From Macrostomum lignano (Eukaryota): DNA of 64,000 nucleotides. The stretch is from NCBI GenBank assembly GCA_002269645.1, contig NIVC01001403.1:1-64000 (forward strand), written 5' to 3'. Shown piece by piece: positions 22,001 through 33,511 of this stretch; the stretch's first letter is position 1; each line of letters starts with the position of its first letter. The translations under genes and the position numbers were made by a program. Below the pieces are notes generated by a model that worked only from the letters and a program-made list of their open reading frames with translations, had not been told where the DNA came from and made no database searches.

Positions 22001-25000
22001 TGTAGAGTTGAGGGGAATGTAGAGTTGAGGGGAATGTAGAGTTGAGGGGAATGTAGAGTTGAAGGGGAATGTGGAGTTGAGGGGAATGTGGAGTTGAAGG
22101 GGAATGTGGAGTTGAGGGGAATGTAGAGTTGAAGGGGAATGTGGAGTTGAGGGGAATGTCAAGAAGGAACGACTTGGAGAATTAGAAAAGTCACTGATAC
22201 CAGTAGCTACGCTCGTAGTTAGGGCCTACGCTCGTACCTGTGGGACGGGGCGGATGAGGGCAGCAACACCTGTGTTTTTTCATAGCAGAGAAGATATCCC
22301 ACCTGGGCGGTCCGTGGGAGGCTTGTGGGCGGTCCGTGGGAGGCCCGTGGGCGGTCCGTGGGAGGCCCGTGGGTGGCCCGCAGTCGGGGTTCCTTCGATT
22401 CGGAGCGTCACCTGCCTAACAGATGCTGGCAGCTGCTGGCTTGTTTGGATAAATTGAACCTGCATCTGCTTATTGCAAGTGATTTTCTTGAATAATATTT
22501 CCATCTAGCTGACAGGTGTCTGCTTCACCTTGGAACTGCAGTTCTCTGTTCCACACAGACTCTAGCCGGTCCGAACAAAAGCTGCCTACTCGAACCGGTT
22601 TGTTGCCTGTTTAAAAGTTGCATAAATTTGTTTTAATAAAGCGGATTATTTGAAAATATACAACAATCGCATTGATTGTCTCACCTATCAGCTGGTAGAT
22701 TTTCACCAGACCGATTCTATCACCATTTTTGTCAAACATCACGGGACCCTGCGTTAGAATTGGTGGTTGGTGTGTACAACCACCTAATTGGGCCAGATGT
22801 GCAACCGACAGATCAGCCGCAGCACCTGAGGGCCACACACACCCTCAATTACCCCAGCTAATGCTGGCACCCATTTTACAGTAGCTGGATGAACTGAAGC
22901 AATGCAGAGTTAAGTGTCTTACTCAAAGACAAATTTTTCAAAGTGGGATCGGGAATCGAACCCCAGACCTTTCAGTCGTGAGTCCGACGCTCTAGCCACT
23001 AGGCTACAACCCCACCACTAGGCTATAGAACCTCAATACAATATATTGCGCTCAAGTGCGCAGGCAAAACTGCAGCAATTTTGTTCGCGGCTTCAACCTC
23101 AACTCCGTTAAATTTCTGGCCTCGAATATTTCGCAGCAGCAGCGATTGGAAAGCGGAGTTGCCAAGCGGTACCGCGGGATCATAGTCCACGGACGGCAGG
23201 GTGTCATTTATTGCCAGTGCCGCCGTGGTCAGGGTGTCGAACATTCTCTCCAGAGTCTTCGGGGTGTCATTGCGGCCCGGATGAGCCGACAGAAATATGT
23301 CAGTGAGATCCGCCTTGGCCTGGAATTCGAGTTCGAGAGACAGCCAAGTTACTGGCTGCTGCTGCTACGATGGAAACTGCTGCTGCTATGGAAACTGCTG
23401 CTGCTGCTACTATGGAAACTGCTGCTGCTGCTATGGAAACTGCTGCTGCTGCTATGGAAACTGCTGCTGCTGCTACGATGGAAACTGCTGCTGCTATGGA
23501 AACTGCTGCTGCTGCTACTATGGAAACTGCTGCTGCTGCTATGGAAACTGCTGCTGCTGCTATGGAAACTGCTGCTGCTGCTATGGAAACTGCTGCTGCT
23601 ATGGAAACTGCTGCTGCTATGGAAACTGCTGCTACTATGGAAACTGCTGCTGCTGCTATGGAAACTGCTGCCGCTACTATGGAAACTGCTGCTGCTATGG
23701 AAACTGCTGCTGCTACTATGGAAACTGCTGCTGCTGCTATGGAAACTGCTGCTGCTACTATGGAAACTGCAGCTGCTGCTATGGGAACTGCTGCTGCTGC
23801 TATGGAAACTGCTGCTGCTGCTATGGAAACTGCTGCTGCTGCTACTATGGAAACTGCTGCTGCTGCTATGGAAACTGCTGCTGCTGCTATGGAAACTGCT
23901 GCTGCTGCTATGGAAACTGCTGCTGCTATGGAAACTGCTGCTGCTGCTATGGAAACTGCTGCTGCTGCTATGGAAACTGCTGCTGCTATGGAAACTGCTG
24001 CTGCTATGGAAACTGCTGCTACTATGGAAACTGCTGCTGCTGCTATGGAAACTGCTGCCGCTACTATGGAAACTGCTGCTGCTATGGAAACTGCTGCTGC
24101 TACTATGGAAACTGCTGCTGCTGCTATGGAAACTGCTGCTGCTGCTATGAAAACTGCTGCTGCTGCTATGGGAACTGCTGCTGCTGCTATGGAAACTGCT
24201 GCTGCTGCTATGGAAACTGCTGCTGCTATGGAAACTGCTGCTGCTGCTATGGAAACTGCTGCTGCTGCTATGGAAACTGCTGCTGCTGCTATGGAAACTG
24301 CTGCTGCTGCTATGGAAACTGCTGCTGCTGCTATGGAAACTGCTGCTGCTGCTATGGAAACTGCTGCTGCTGCTATGGAAACTGCTGCTGCTATGGAAAC
24401 TGCTGCTGCTATGGAAACTGCTGCTACTATGGAAACTGCTGCTGCTATGGAAACTGCTGCCGCTACTATGGAAACTGCTGCTGCTATGGAAACTGCTGCT
24501 GCTACTATGGAAACTGCTGCTGCTGCTATGGAAACTGCTGCTGCTGCTATGGAAACTGCTGCTGCTGCTATGGAAACTGCTGCTGCTGCTATGGAAACTG
24601 CTGCTGCTGCTATGGAAACTGCTGCTGCTGCTATGGAAACTGCTGCTACTATGGAAACTGCTGCTGCTGCTATGGAAACTGCTGCTACTATGGAAACTGC
24701 TGCTGCTGCTATGGAAACTGCTGCTGCTATGGAAACTGCTGCTGCTACTATGGAAACTATCAGTGCCTAACAATTAGAAAGTCAAAGGGCCGATGTACAC
24801 CCTGCATGAGCGCGTGTACGAGTGCGCGTGTACGAAATTGGCAAAATTGCCGTCAGCGCTCACTAGGCCTGTTAGACTCTCCGGAGGCTGGTAATCTTCA
24901 TCATCGATTTCGTCCCTAAAAATGATGGCTCCTTCCGTTGCCCTGATCTGGCTGACGAGCGGGCAATGCTCTCTAGCCGGCACACCTGCGACAAGCGTCA

Positions 25001-28000
25001 GCCACGAGATTCCGTTGAAAATCCATTGGTACTTGGCGCCATGCAGCTGGAACTCGTGGATCTGCGAGTTATTATGTTCTAGCATAAGATATTTTTCATT
25101 TTTTCCCTGGATGACTTCTTGACAGAATTATTTACAGAGTCAGGATGCATGAAAATAAGCTCAGGCAATTTAATAAGCAATTTGCGTCATTTTCTTGACA
25201 CCCAACTGTCTTCCCTGACACCCAACTGTCTTTCCTGACACCCAGCTGCCTTTCCTGACACTCAACTGCCTCCCCTGACATCCAACTGCCTCCCCTGACA
25301 CCCAACTGTCTCCGCTGACACCCAACTGACACCCAACTGTCTCCCCTGACACCCAACTGTCTTCCCTGACACCCAACTGTCTTCCCTGACACCCAACTGC
25401 CTTTTCTGACACTGAACTGCCTCCCCTGACACCCAACTGCCTCCCCTGACACCCAACTGTCTCCCCTGACACCCAACTGTCTTCCCTGACACCCAACTGC
25501 CTTTCCTGACACTCAACTGCCTCCCCTGACACCCAACTGCCTCCCCTGACACCCAACTGTCTCCGCTGACACCCAACTGACACCCAACTGTCTCCCCTGA
25601 CACCCAACTGTCTTCCCTGACACCCAACTGCCTTTTCTGACACTCATCTGCCTCCCCTGACACCCAACTGCCTCCCCTGACACCCAACTGTCTCCCCTGA
25701 CACCCAACTGTCTTCCCTGACACCCAACTGTCTTCCCTGACACCCAACTGTCTTCCCTGACACCCAGCTGCCTTTCCTGACACTCAACTGCCTCCCCTGA
25801 CACCCAACTGCCTCCCCTGACACCCAACTGTCTCCGCTGACACCCAACTGACACCCAACTGTCTCCGCTGACACCCAACTGACACCCAACTGTCTCCCCT
25901 GACACCCAACTGTCTCCCCTGACACCCAACTGTCTCCCCTGACACCCAACTGTCTCCCCTGACACCCAACTGGCACCAACTGACTCCCCTGACACCTAAC
26001 TGCCTCGCCTGACACCCAACTGCCTTAACTGACACCCAATTGTCTTCCCTGACACCCAATTGTCTTACCTGACACCCAACTGCCTTCCCTGACACCCAAC
26101 TGCCTCCCCTGACACCCAACTGCCTTTCCTGACACCCAACTGCCTTCCCTGACACCCTGCCTTCTCCTTTTCTCTCTCTGAATTGAGCTGTCGGGGGCGC
26201 ATATCGCAAATTGAGGCCTAACGGTAAAGCGCAACGGAATCGAACCCGGGAGCTTTGGTTTTATACGTTTACATAAAGCACCATCGCACGCACTACTTAA
26301 CAGACACGGCAGCCACTCGCTCTCGATTGCCGCATGGTTGAAAACCACGAAAATTCTGATATCTTGCGACTGTTGTGTTGATGTTTAATGGGGGGAATTC
26401 ATGCTTGCAGAAACTTATGAATATACTGCATCGTTTGTTAGGGCTTCCATCGTTTCTGGTCGGCTTTCGTTTAAGCAGGGTCATCGGTTAATTTGGGAGT
26501 GCGTTGAGCTCTGTCCTCTCCCCCCTGGCTAGCCCCCTTGCCCCCCTGGCTAGCCCCCTTGCCCCCCTGGCTAGCCCCCCTTGCCCCCTGGCTAGCCCCC
26601 TTGCACCTTGGCTAGCCCCCTTGCACCTTGGCTAGCCCCCCTTGCCCCCTGGCTAGCCCCTTGCCCCCTGGCTAGCCCCCCTTGCCCCCTGGCTAGCCCC
26701 CCTTGCACCTTGGCTAGCCCCCCTTGCACCTTGGCTAGCCCCCCTTGCACCTTGGCTAGCCCCCCTTGCACCTTGGCTAGCCCCCCTTGCACCTTGGCTA
26801 GCCCCCCTTGCCCCCTGGCTAGCCCCCTTGCCCCCCTGGCTAGCCCCCCTTGCCCCCCTGGCTAGCCCCCCTTGCACCTTGGCTAGCCCCCTTGCCCCCC
26901 TTGCCCCTGGCTTGCCCACCCCTGGCTTGACCCCCTCTGCCTCCCCTGGCTAGGCATCTGTTGTTTAGACAGCTGTTGTTCAATCGCGTAAACTCAACAT
27001 AAGATTAACAAGTGTTATGACAGCTAATTCAGGGGGAGAGGATTTAAAGAAATTCGAGCTCAATCGTGCATTTTTCTAGCATTGCATTCAAACCGGACAA
27101 GACTTGAAGTAGTGGTTAATATAAGCAGCTGACTGTTTAACTTACAGCCCCAACTGTAACAACTTGTCGCATAGACGTTAGCTCAGATTGTAGTCCGGGT
27201 GCCAGAGTCCACTGGCTGCCAGTTTGGCGAGGTTCTTGCCACGGAATGTGAATGAGACGTGATGATGGAAGATGATCCTTTGCAAGTATCAGATTAAATC
27301 GGCCAGAATAATCTTGGCTTTGCAGACTTTGAGTGCGCACTTTACCGTGAGGGGCCCCATTGGCTTGCGGCTATAATATGTTGGAGATTCGAGCCTCCAG
27401 ATCCCGTTGGTATTAAGCCAGGAGCGCTCGACGTCAGACCGCATACCGGGCCACCAACAAGATACAGTCATGTAGTTTTGGGTCGCCATGTACCCAGAGT
27501 GGGTTGTGTGCGCGATCTGGATGGCATCCGCCCTAAGTCGAATTGGAATGATAAAGCTGAAGACGAAACTTTGCTGAAAAGAAGTCCATTTCGATGTTGA
27601 ACTTGTCAGAGACCTTTGCAGAAGGCTGCTCGGATTGAGAGCACGACTTCCAGTTACCAGACCGAACCTTTTCCACGATGTGCTGGTGGAATCGATTTGT
27701 TGGGATCCCGCGAGAGTCGTTAAACTCGTAGACGCCCGTATCAACGTCTGGTGATCAGTGGCGATGGTGAACTTCCGACCAACGAGATGGTGCTTTAGAC
27801 GATAGGCTACAGATTGCTACAGACCCACGGGTCTCGTGACTGGTACTCCCCACGACAAAGATCATGTACTGGGCCGTCTTTTTGGCAAAGTTTGACACCA
27901 ATTAGCCAAAAACATTTACCAAAATCAAAGAAACGCTCGAGCTCCTTCTTGTTCTTCAGAGCAGCAATGTATGTGATGTTTTCCCCCGACGCATTTGTTC

Positions 28001-31000
28001 TCGTTGATTGTAACATTCATTTCGGTCAAGCGCGTTTCTTGCAGTCGCTTTTGCAGCTGTGATGAATTTTCGAAAACATTTAGAAATCGTCTTGGTTATA
28101 TATAAGAACGCCTTTTAAAAAAGGCGTAAGATGTTCTTCATCACTGTCTGGAAAATAAAGTACAAAAAATTCTTCATGTCCATTTGAAGGCGTTTAACGC
28201 GGATATAGTCTTTTGGATGGGGTACGAGCTAATAGTTGATAAGGCAAAGACCCTAGAAGTTACCTCTAGTAACATGCGTCAGCGATACGAGTATTCAACG
28301 CGGGTGACTCCATAAAGTCTTGTACAGCTAGAATTCCATGCAAGACAAATACACGACCGAGCTCGTATGTTTCTTTTAAAGTCGAACTGAATTAATACTG
28401 AGTAGTATTATTGAAGAATTAAACAAAATCAATAAATAGAAATTAGGACCTGCCTTCATCTTGACTAGCGCCTCCCTAGCCGAGCTCTTGTAAATTGCTT
28501 TGTAGGCAACGGTGACGTTCAACCTATGAGCATGCCTGAGCAGGACTGACTCGAAGTGCACGCTTAGCTGGAGTTGTAAAATAGGATATTTTCATGACTG
28601 CTGGTTCATTTTGAGTGCATTCGGGAATGTAGTTTTGTGTCAGGGAAGGCAGCTGGGTGTCAGGGGAGGCAGTTGGGTGTCAGAGGAGGCAGTTGGGTGT
28701 CAAAGAAGGCAGTTGGGTGTCAGAGGAGGCAGTTGGGTGTCAGGGAAGGCAGTTGGGTGTCAGGGAAGGCAGTTGGGTGTCAGAGGAGGCAGTTGGGTGT
28801 CAGCTAAGGCGGGTTGGGTGTCAGGGAAGGCAGTTGGGTGTCAGAGGAGGCAGTTGGGTGTCCTCTAAGGCGGGTTGGGTGCCAGGAAAGGCAGTTGGGT
28901 GTCAGGGAAGGCAGTTGAGTGCCAGGGAAGGCAGTTGGGTGTCAGCTAAGGCGGATTGGGTGTCAGGGAAGGCAGTTGGGTGTCAGGGAAGGCAGTTGGG
29001 TGCCAGGAAAAGAATTTGGGTGTCAGGGAAGGCAGTTGGGTGTCAGCTAAGGCGGGTTGGGTGCCAGGAAAGGCAGTTGGGTGTCAGGGAAAGCAGTTGG
29101 GTGTCAGGGAAGGCAGTTGGGTGTCAGGGAAGGCAGTTGGGTGTCAGGGAAGGCAGTTGGGTGTCAGAGAAGGCAGTTGGTTGCCAGGGAAGGCAGTTGG
29201 GTGTCAGGGAAGGCATTTGGGGGCCAGGGAAGGCAGTTGGGTGTCAGCTAAGGCGGGTTGGGTGTCAGGGAAGGCAGTTGAGTGCCAGGGAAGGCAGTTG
29301 GGTGTCAGGGAAGGCAGTTGGGTGTCAGCTAAGGAGGTTGGGTGCCAGGGAAGGCAGTTGGGTGCCAGGAAAGGCAGTTGGGTGTCAGGGAAGGCAGTTG
29401 GGTGTCAGCTAAGGAGGTTGGGTGCCAGGGAAGGCAGTTGGGTGTCAGCTAAGGAGGTTGGGTGCCAGGGAAGGCAGTTGGGTGTCAGCTAAGGCGGGTT
29501 GGGTGTCAGGGAAGGCAGTTGGGTGTCAGGGAAGGCAGTTGGGTGTCAGCTAAGGAGGTTGGGTGCCAGGGAAGGCAGTTGGGTGTCAGCTAAGGAGGTT
29601 GGGTGCCAGGGAAGGCAGTTGGGTGTCAGCTAAGGAGGTTGGGTGCCAGGGAAGGCAGTTGGGTGTCAGCTAAGGAGGTTGGGTGCCAGGGAAGGCAGTT
29701 GGGTGCCAGGAAAGGCAGTTGGGTGTCAGGGAAGGCAGTTGGGTGTCAGCTAAGGCGGGTTGGGTGTCAGGGAAGGCTCAGACGCAGGAATCAGAGCATA
29801 CTGAATACGCAGGTTCTTTGTCCAAAGCCAGAATTCCAACTCGGCGCCAGCTGTATCGCTTGAGAACCTCCAAGATGGCCTTGTTGAACCCTGCCTGGGT
29901 GAGCTGCAGCCTGCTGTAGCTGCCGTGGACAGCCTTGTTGGACAGGCTGGGAGACGAGTTCCCAAATGCCAGCTGAAATTGTTTATTCATTTTTTCAAGT
30001 ATTTAGTGCCCATATTGACGCCCGTCCTTGAATGCCATTTAGTGACACCTAACTGTCTTTTAGCTGACACCATCCAGCACTTAAAACCGACACTCTAAGC
30101 CACATTCCCTAATATGGTCAACAGCTGTTCCTAAAGAGCCAGCATTCACTGTGTGCAGCATTCACTGTGTGCAGCATTCACTGTGTGCAGCATTCACTGT
30201 GTGCAGCATTCACTGTGTGCAGCATTCACTGTGTGCAGCATTCACTGTGTGCAGCATTCACTGTGTGCAGCATTCACTGTGTGCAGCATTCACTGTGTGC
30301 AGCATTCACTGTGTGCAGCATTCACTGTGTGCAGCATTCACTGTGTGCAGCATTCACTGTGTGCAGCATTCACTGTGTGCAGCATTCACTGTGTACAGCA
30401 TTCACTGTGTGCAGCATTCACTGTGTGCAGCATTCACTGTGTGCAGCATTCACTGTGTGCAGCATTCACTGTGTGCAGCATTCACTGTGTGCAGCATTCA
30501 CTGTGTGCAGCATTCACTGTGTGCAGCATTCACTGTGTGCAGCATTCACTGTGTGCAGCATTCACTGTGTGCAGCATTCACTGTGTGCAGCATTCACTGT
30601 GTGCAGCATTCACTGTGTGCAGCATTCACTGTGTGCAGCATTCACTGTGTGCAGCATTCACTGTGTGCAGCATTCACTGTGTGCAGCATTCACTGTGTGC
30701 AGAATTCACTGTGTGCAGCATTCTGTGCTCAGCGTTCATTGTGCTCAGCCCCAGCTCACCATGGGCACACGGTACAGGCTGGCAACAGCTGAGACCTCCT
30801 CAGACTGACGCGAGTTGCTCATTCCGACTATCAATGCTTTCGCTGGCTGGCTGAAGTACCCTTCAATGAATGCTTTGGTCGCTACACCTTCGGAAGTCTG
30901 TAATAATACACAAAAGATGTAAAAATCTAGTTTCAAAATTTTTAATGTTTGCCGTACCAGGGAGGTCATGACCTGGGGCGTCGCCATGGATTTTATGGTG

Positions 31001-32283
31001 GGGGACAAAGCCCAGAATACTACGTGTACGAGCTACATGACTATATTTCTATATGTACATTATTTTCAGAATCGGTGTTGTCAGCACTCCTTTTAGCGCC
31101 TTAGGCACTCATTTTAGCGCCGCAGGCACTCATTTTGGCGCCGCAGGAACTCATTTTAGCGCCGCAAGCACTCATTTTAGCGCTGCAGGCACTCATTTTA
31201 GCGCCGCAGGCACTCATTTTAGCGCCGCAGGCACTCATTTTAGCGCCTCAGGCACTCATTTTAGCGCCGAAGGCACTCATTTTGGCGCCGCAGGCACCCA
31301 TTTTAGCGCCGAAGGCACTCATTTTAGCGCCGAAGGCACTCATTTTAGCGCCGAAGGCACTCATTTTAGCGCCGCAGGCACTCATTTTTAGCGCCGCAGG
31401 CACTCATTTTAGCGCCGCAAGCACTCACTTTAGCGCCGCAAGCACTCATTTTAGCGCCGCAGGCACTCATTTTAGCGCCGCAAGAACTCATTTTAGCGCC
31501 GCAAGCACTCATTTTAGCGCCGCAGGCACTCATTTTAGCGCCGCAGGCACTCATTTTAGCGCCGCAGGCACTCATTTTAGCGCCGCAGGCACTCACTTTA
31601 GCGCCGCAGGCACTCATTTTAGCGCCGCAGGCACTCACTTTAGCGCCGCAGGCACTCATTTTAGCGCCGCAGGCACTCACTTTAGCGCCGCAGGCACTCA
31701 TTTTAGCGCCGCAGGAACTCGTTTTAGCGCCGCAAGCACTCATTTTAGCGCCCACAAGCACTCATTTAGGTGCCGCAGGCACTGTGTTTTGTCGCCCTGA
31801 AGCAAAATTATTGATTTCCATATCGGGTCACAAGGTGGGGTGGGGGGACGAAGCATTGGCATGTCCCACCTGTATCTTTTACTGGGGGGGGACACATGTC
31901 CTCTCTGTCCCCCCCCCGCGGTGGCGACGCCCCAGGTCATAACCTCCAGTATCTATTGCGTAGCATTTCTACAGATTTTGAATCAAATTCCAGCAAAAGC
32001 GCAAGCTCGACTTTCTCACATTGTCAACGCAGAAATAATAGATTTTAATTCGGAAATCGGGGAACAGGTCCGTCAGGCTGTTAATGACCGGCTCCAGGGC
32101 CTGCAGCGCTGGTGCCTCGTCAGCCCAGCTGGACGATTCTTCAACGCACAAGCTCAGCAGAGCGACTTCAAAACGACTGTCTGACTTGATTGACTGGTTT
32201 TGAGCAGCTGCACTGCAGATCGTGATGGTTGGCAGCAGCAGCAGCAGCAGGCTGTACAGAAGCCAGCAGTTGACCCAGCGCAT
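18704..32283 (-). CDS. Class C GPCR, GABA-B receptor-like (signal peptide, Venus flytrap, 7TM), 14 exons, about 740 aa; frameshift in exon 10 in this sequence
   Basis: Exons (-): 32283-32020, 30897-30760, 29972-29802, 28567-28454, 26369-26301, 25061-24864, 23319-23098, 22748-22685, 22606-22529, 21216-20853, 20312-20190, 20133-20007, 19376-19177, 18796-18704. Motifs: [86 protein letters not shown]. Intron phases are consistent. Confidence 0.9.
18853..19176. repeat. (GACA)n microsatellite, GPCR intron 13
   Basis: Direct reading; the array begins at the donor itself (AAG|GTCTGTCTGT on -). Confidence 0.95.
19465..19970. repeat. About 30-bp minisatellite (ggggattgctgagatgcctgatgcctcatg and variants), GPCR intron 12
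   Basis: Five near-perfect units followed by degenerate units. Confidence 0.9.
20375..20800. repeat. 21-bp minisatellite (tcatcagtttgtcatcctcag), GPCR intron 10
   Basis: Direct periodicity. Confidence 0.92.
21275..22158. repeat. 17-18-bp G-rich minisatellite (ga(a)ggggaatgtggagtt), GPCR intron 9
   Basis: Direct periodicity. Confidence 0.92.
22860..23025 (-). mobile_element. tRNA-derived SINE with CORE (MIR-like) domain, GPCR intron 7
   Basis: Minus strand: A box tagcctagtgg, B box ggttcgattccc, then tttgagtaagacacttaactct...cttcagtt...ctgtaaaatggg, resembling the CORE consensus. Confidence 0.7.
23355..24760. repeat. 15-24-bp minisatellite ATGGAAACT(GCT)n, roughly 70 units, GPCR intron 6
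   Basis: Direct reading; unit length varies by whole GCT triplets. Confidence 0.95.
25195..26157. repeat. 20-bp minisatellite (ctgacacccaactgccttcc), GPCR intron 5; reverse complement of the intron 3 array
   Basis: Direct reading. Confidence 0.92.
26520..26950. repeat. 20-22-bp C-rich minisatellite (ggctagcccccttgccccct), GPCR intron 4
   Basis: Direct reading; variable C runs. Confidence 0.9.
27140..28020 (-). mobile_element. Internally deleted Gypsy pol remnant in GPCR intron 4
   Basis: Minus strand: [10 protein letters not shown] (degenerate RT tail), [17 protein letters not shown] (RNase H), [16 protein letters not shown] (integrase zinc finger), compressed into about 0.9 kb. Confidence 0.75.
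28635..29776. repeat. 20-bp minisatellite (ggaaggcagttgggtgtcag), GPCR intron 3
   Basis: Direct reading; same family as 25195-26157, inverted. Confidence 0.92.
30142..30722. repeat. 16-bp near-perfect minisatellite (gcagcattcactgtgt), about 36 copies, GPCR intron 2
   Basis: Direct reading. Confidence 0.95.
31090..31760. repeat. 21-bp minisatellite (tttagcgccgcaggcactcat), GPCR intron 1
   Basis: Direct reading. Confidence 0.93.
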
Positions 32284-33290
32284 GCTGTGTCAGCAATCTC
32301 TGTTGAAGGCGATGTTGAAAATTATTTAAAGTGAAAATTTATCCAATTACTTTATTACTGACGAAGTGCGCGCATAGGCGCATAGGAGAACAAATTGCTT
32401 CTCTGCAATTAATTGCTTCTTTATATTTTATATCGTCTCAAAGGACACGGTCAAAACACGTGACTCCTTTGCAGTTACGAGTCTAAGGGCCAATCAGACC
32501 GATTTTAGATTGACGCAGGTTCCACTTTGAATAGTCCGTGTGTTGGACGAGAGAAAATGATCGACTGCAGGCAGACACTGTTGCATGCAAGCTGGAGCAG
32601 CTGGAGATCTTGCACTACGCTCGGATATATAGATCGAATATGTCATGGGCGGTGGTATTTAGGTGTTTCTTCTGCCACTCCCTGACGATGAGGCAACTAT
32701 ATTATTGCTCGAAATACAGTTGTAATAGTCTTAATTGCTTTTTGCGAAGCGCCAAATACACTTGTACATGTACATATGTACGTGCAGGGTTCGGCCATTA
32801 AACAATTCGAAAAAACTGCATGAATGAAAAATACCGATAAGTCTAAAAAACATGCATAATAAAGCGATATAGGAACAAATGAAATTTCGCTTGATGAAAC
32901 TTTGCTTACCGGCCTCAGATAGCATTTAAATATATTGAAAAATTATAAGGCTTGATAATTATGAATGCCCCTAATTAATTGATGGGATCAATGCGTACAT
33001 ACTGTATGCAATCCACTATTATTCAAAATTCTTCCTTTACGAATCCTAGCTATTCTGTTGTCTGTATAGAAGAATCAGTAATAAGTGTCTCAGGCAAAAC
33101 AGCATGTTTGCTTAATACGAAAAAATTAATTGAAGCTAGCGGTGTAAAATATTTTAATACTAAGTCAAACAAATTTATATTACCCATCAAATTCCTAAAC
33201 AGTAATTTTAAAAACCTAGAGCAACCAAATTTTTTATAAGAAAAATACATATTTTCCCGACTTAGCTAAATTATTTAAAAAAACGGTGTC

Positions 33291-33304
33291 GTTGCTATGG
33301 CTGA
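33291..33304. promoter_or_regulatory. Candidate RFX X-box (one perfect half-site) about 210 bp upstream of the RPGR ATG
   Basis: GTTGCTATGGCTGA; the reverse strand has ATAGCAAC. RPGR is an established ciliary gene. Confidence 0.4.
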
Positions 33305-33511
33305 GGGCTCATTTACGCCTTTTAATTCAAAGCAAACATACATTGTATTTCATATAATTAAAGAATAAGATACACGTAGCCCGTAGGTCGTACTCGTAGA
33401 TAGTTATATAATATTTTTTGTAAATTAAACGCCTTTTTTAGGAGTACTTGGATATAGCTAATACCTTCTTAGTTGTGTTTCACTATCAACAAAGGCATTT
33501 AATTCTTTCAA

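Noticed and set aside
22947-23006. Functional tRNA gene
   Set aside because: No acceptor-stem pairing or terminator seen, and it continues into a CORE-like SINE body.
23297-24919. 540-aa Cys-rich ORF as a real keratin-associated or metallothionein-like gene
   Set aside because: Derives from a triplet-based satellite open in several frames and is antisense to GPCR exons; kept only as a speculative finding.
27807-28062. Additional GPCR exon
   Set aside because: Sequence is degenerate Gypsy RT tail; the real exon (SQDIRIFVV) is at 26301-26369.
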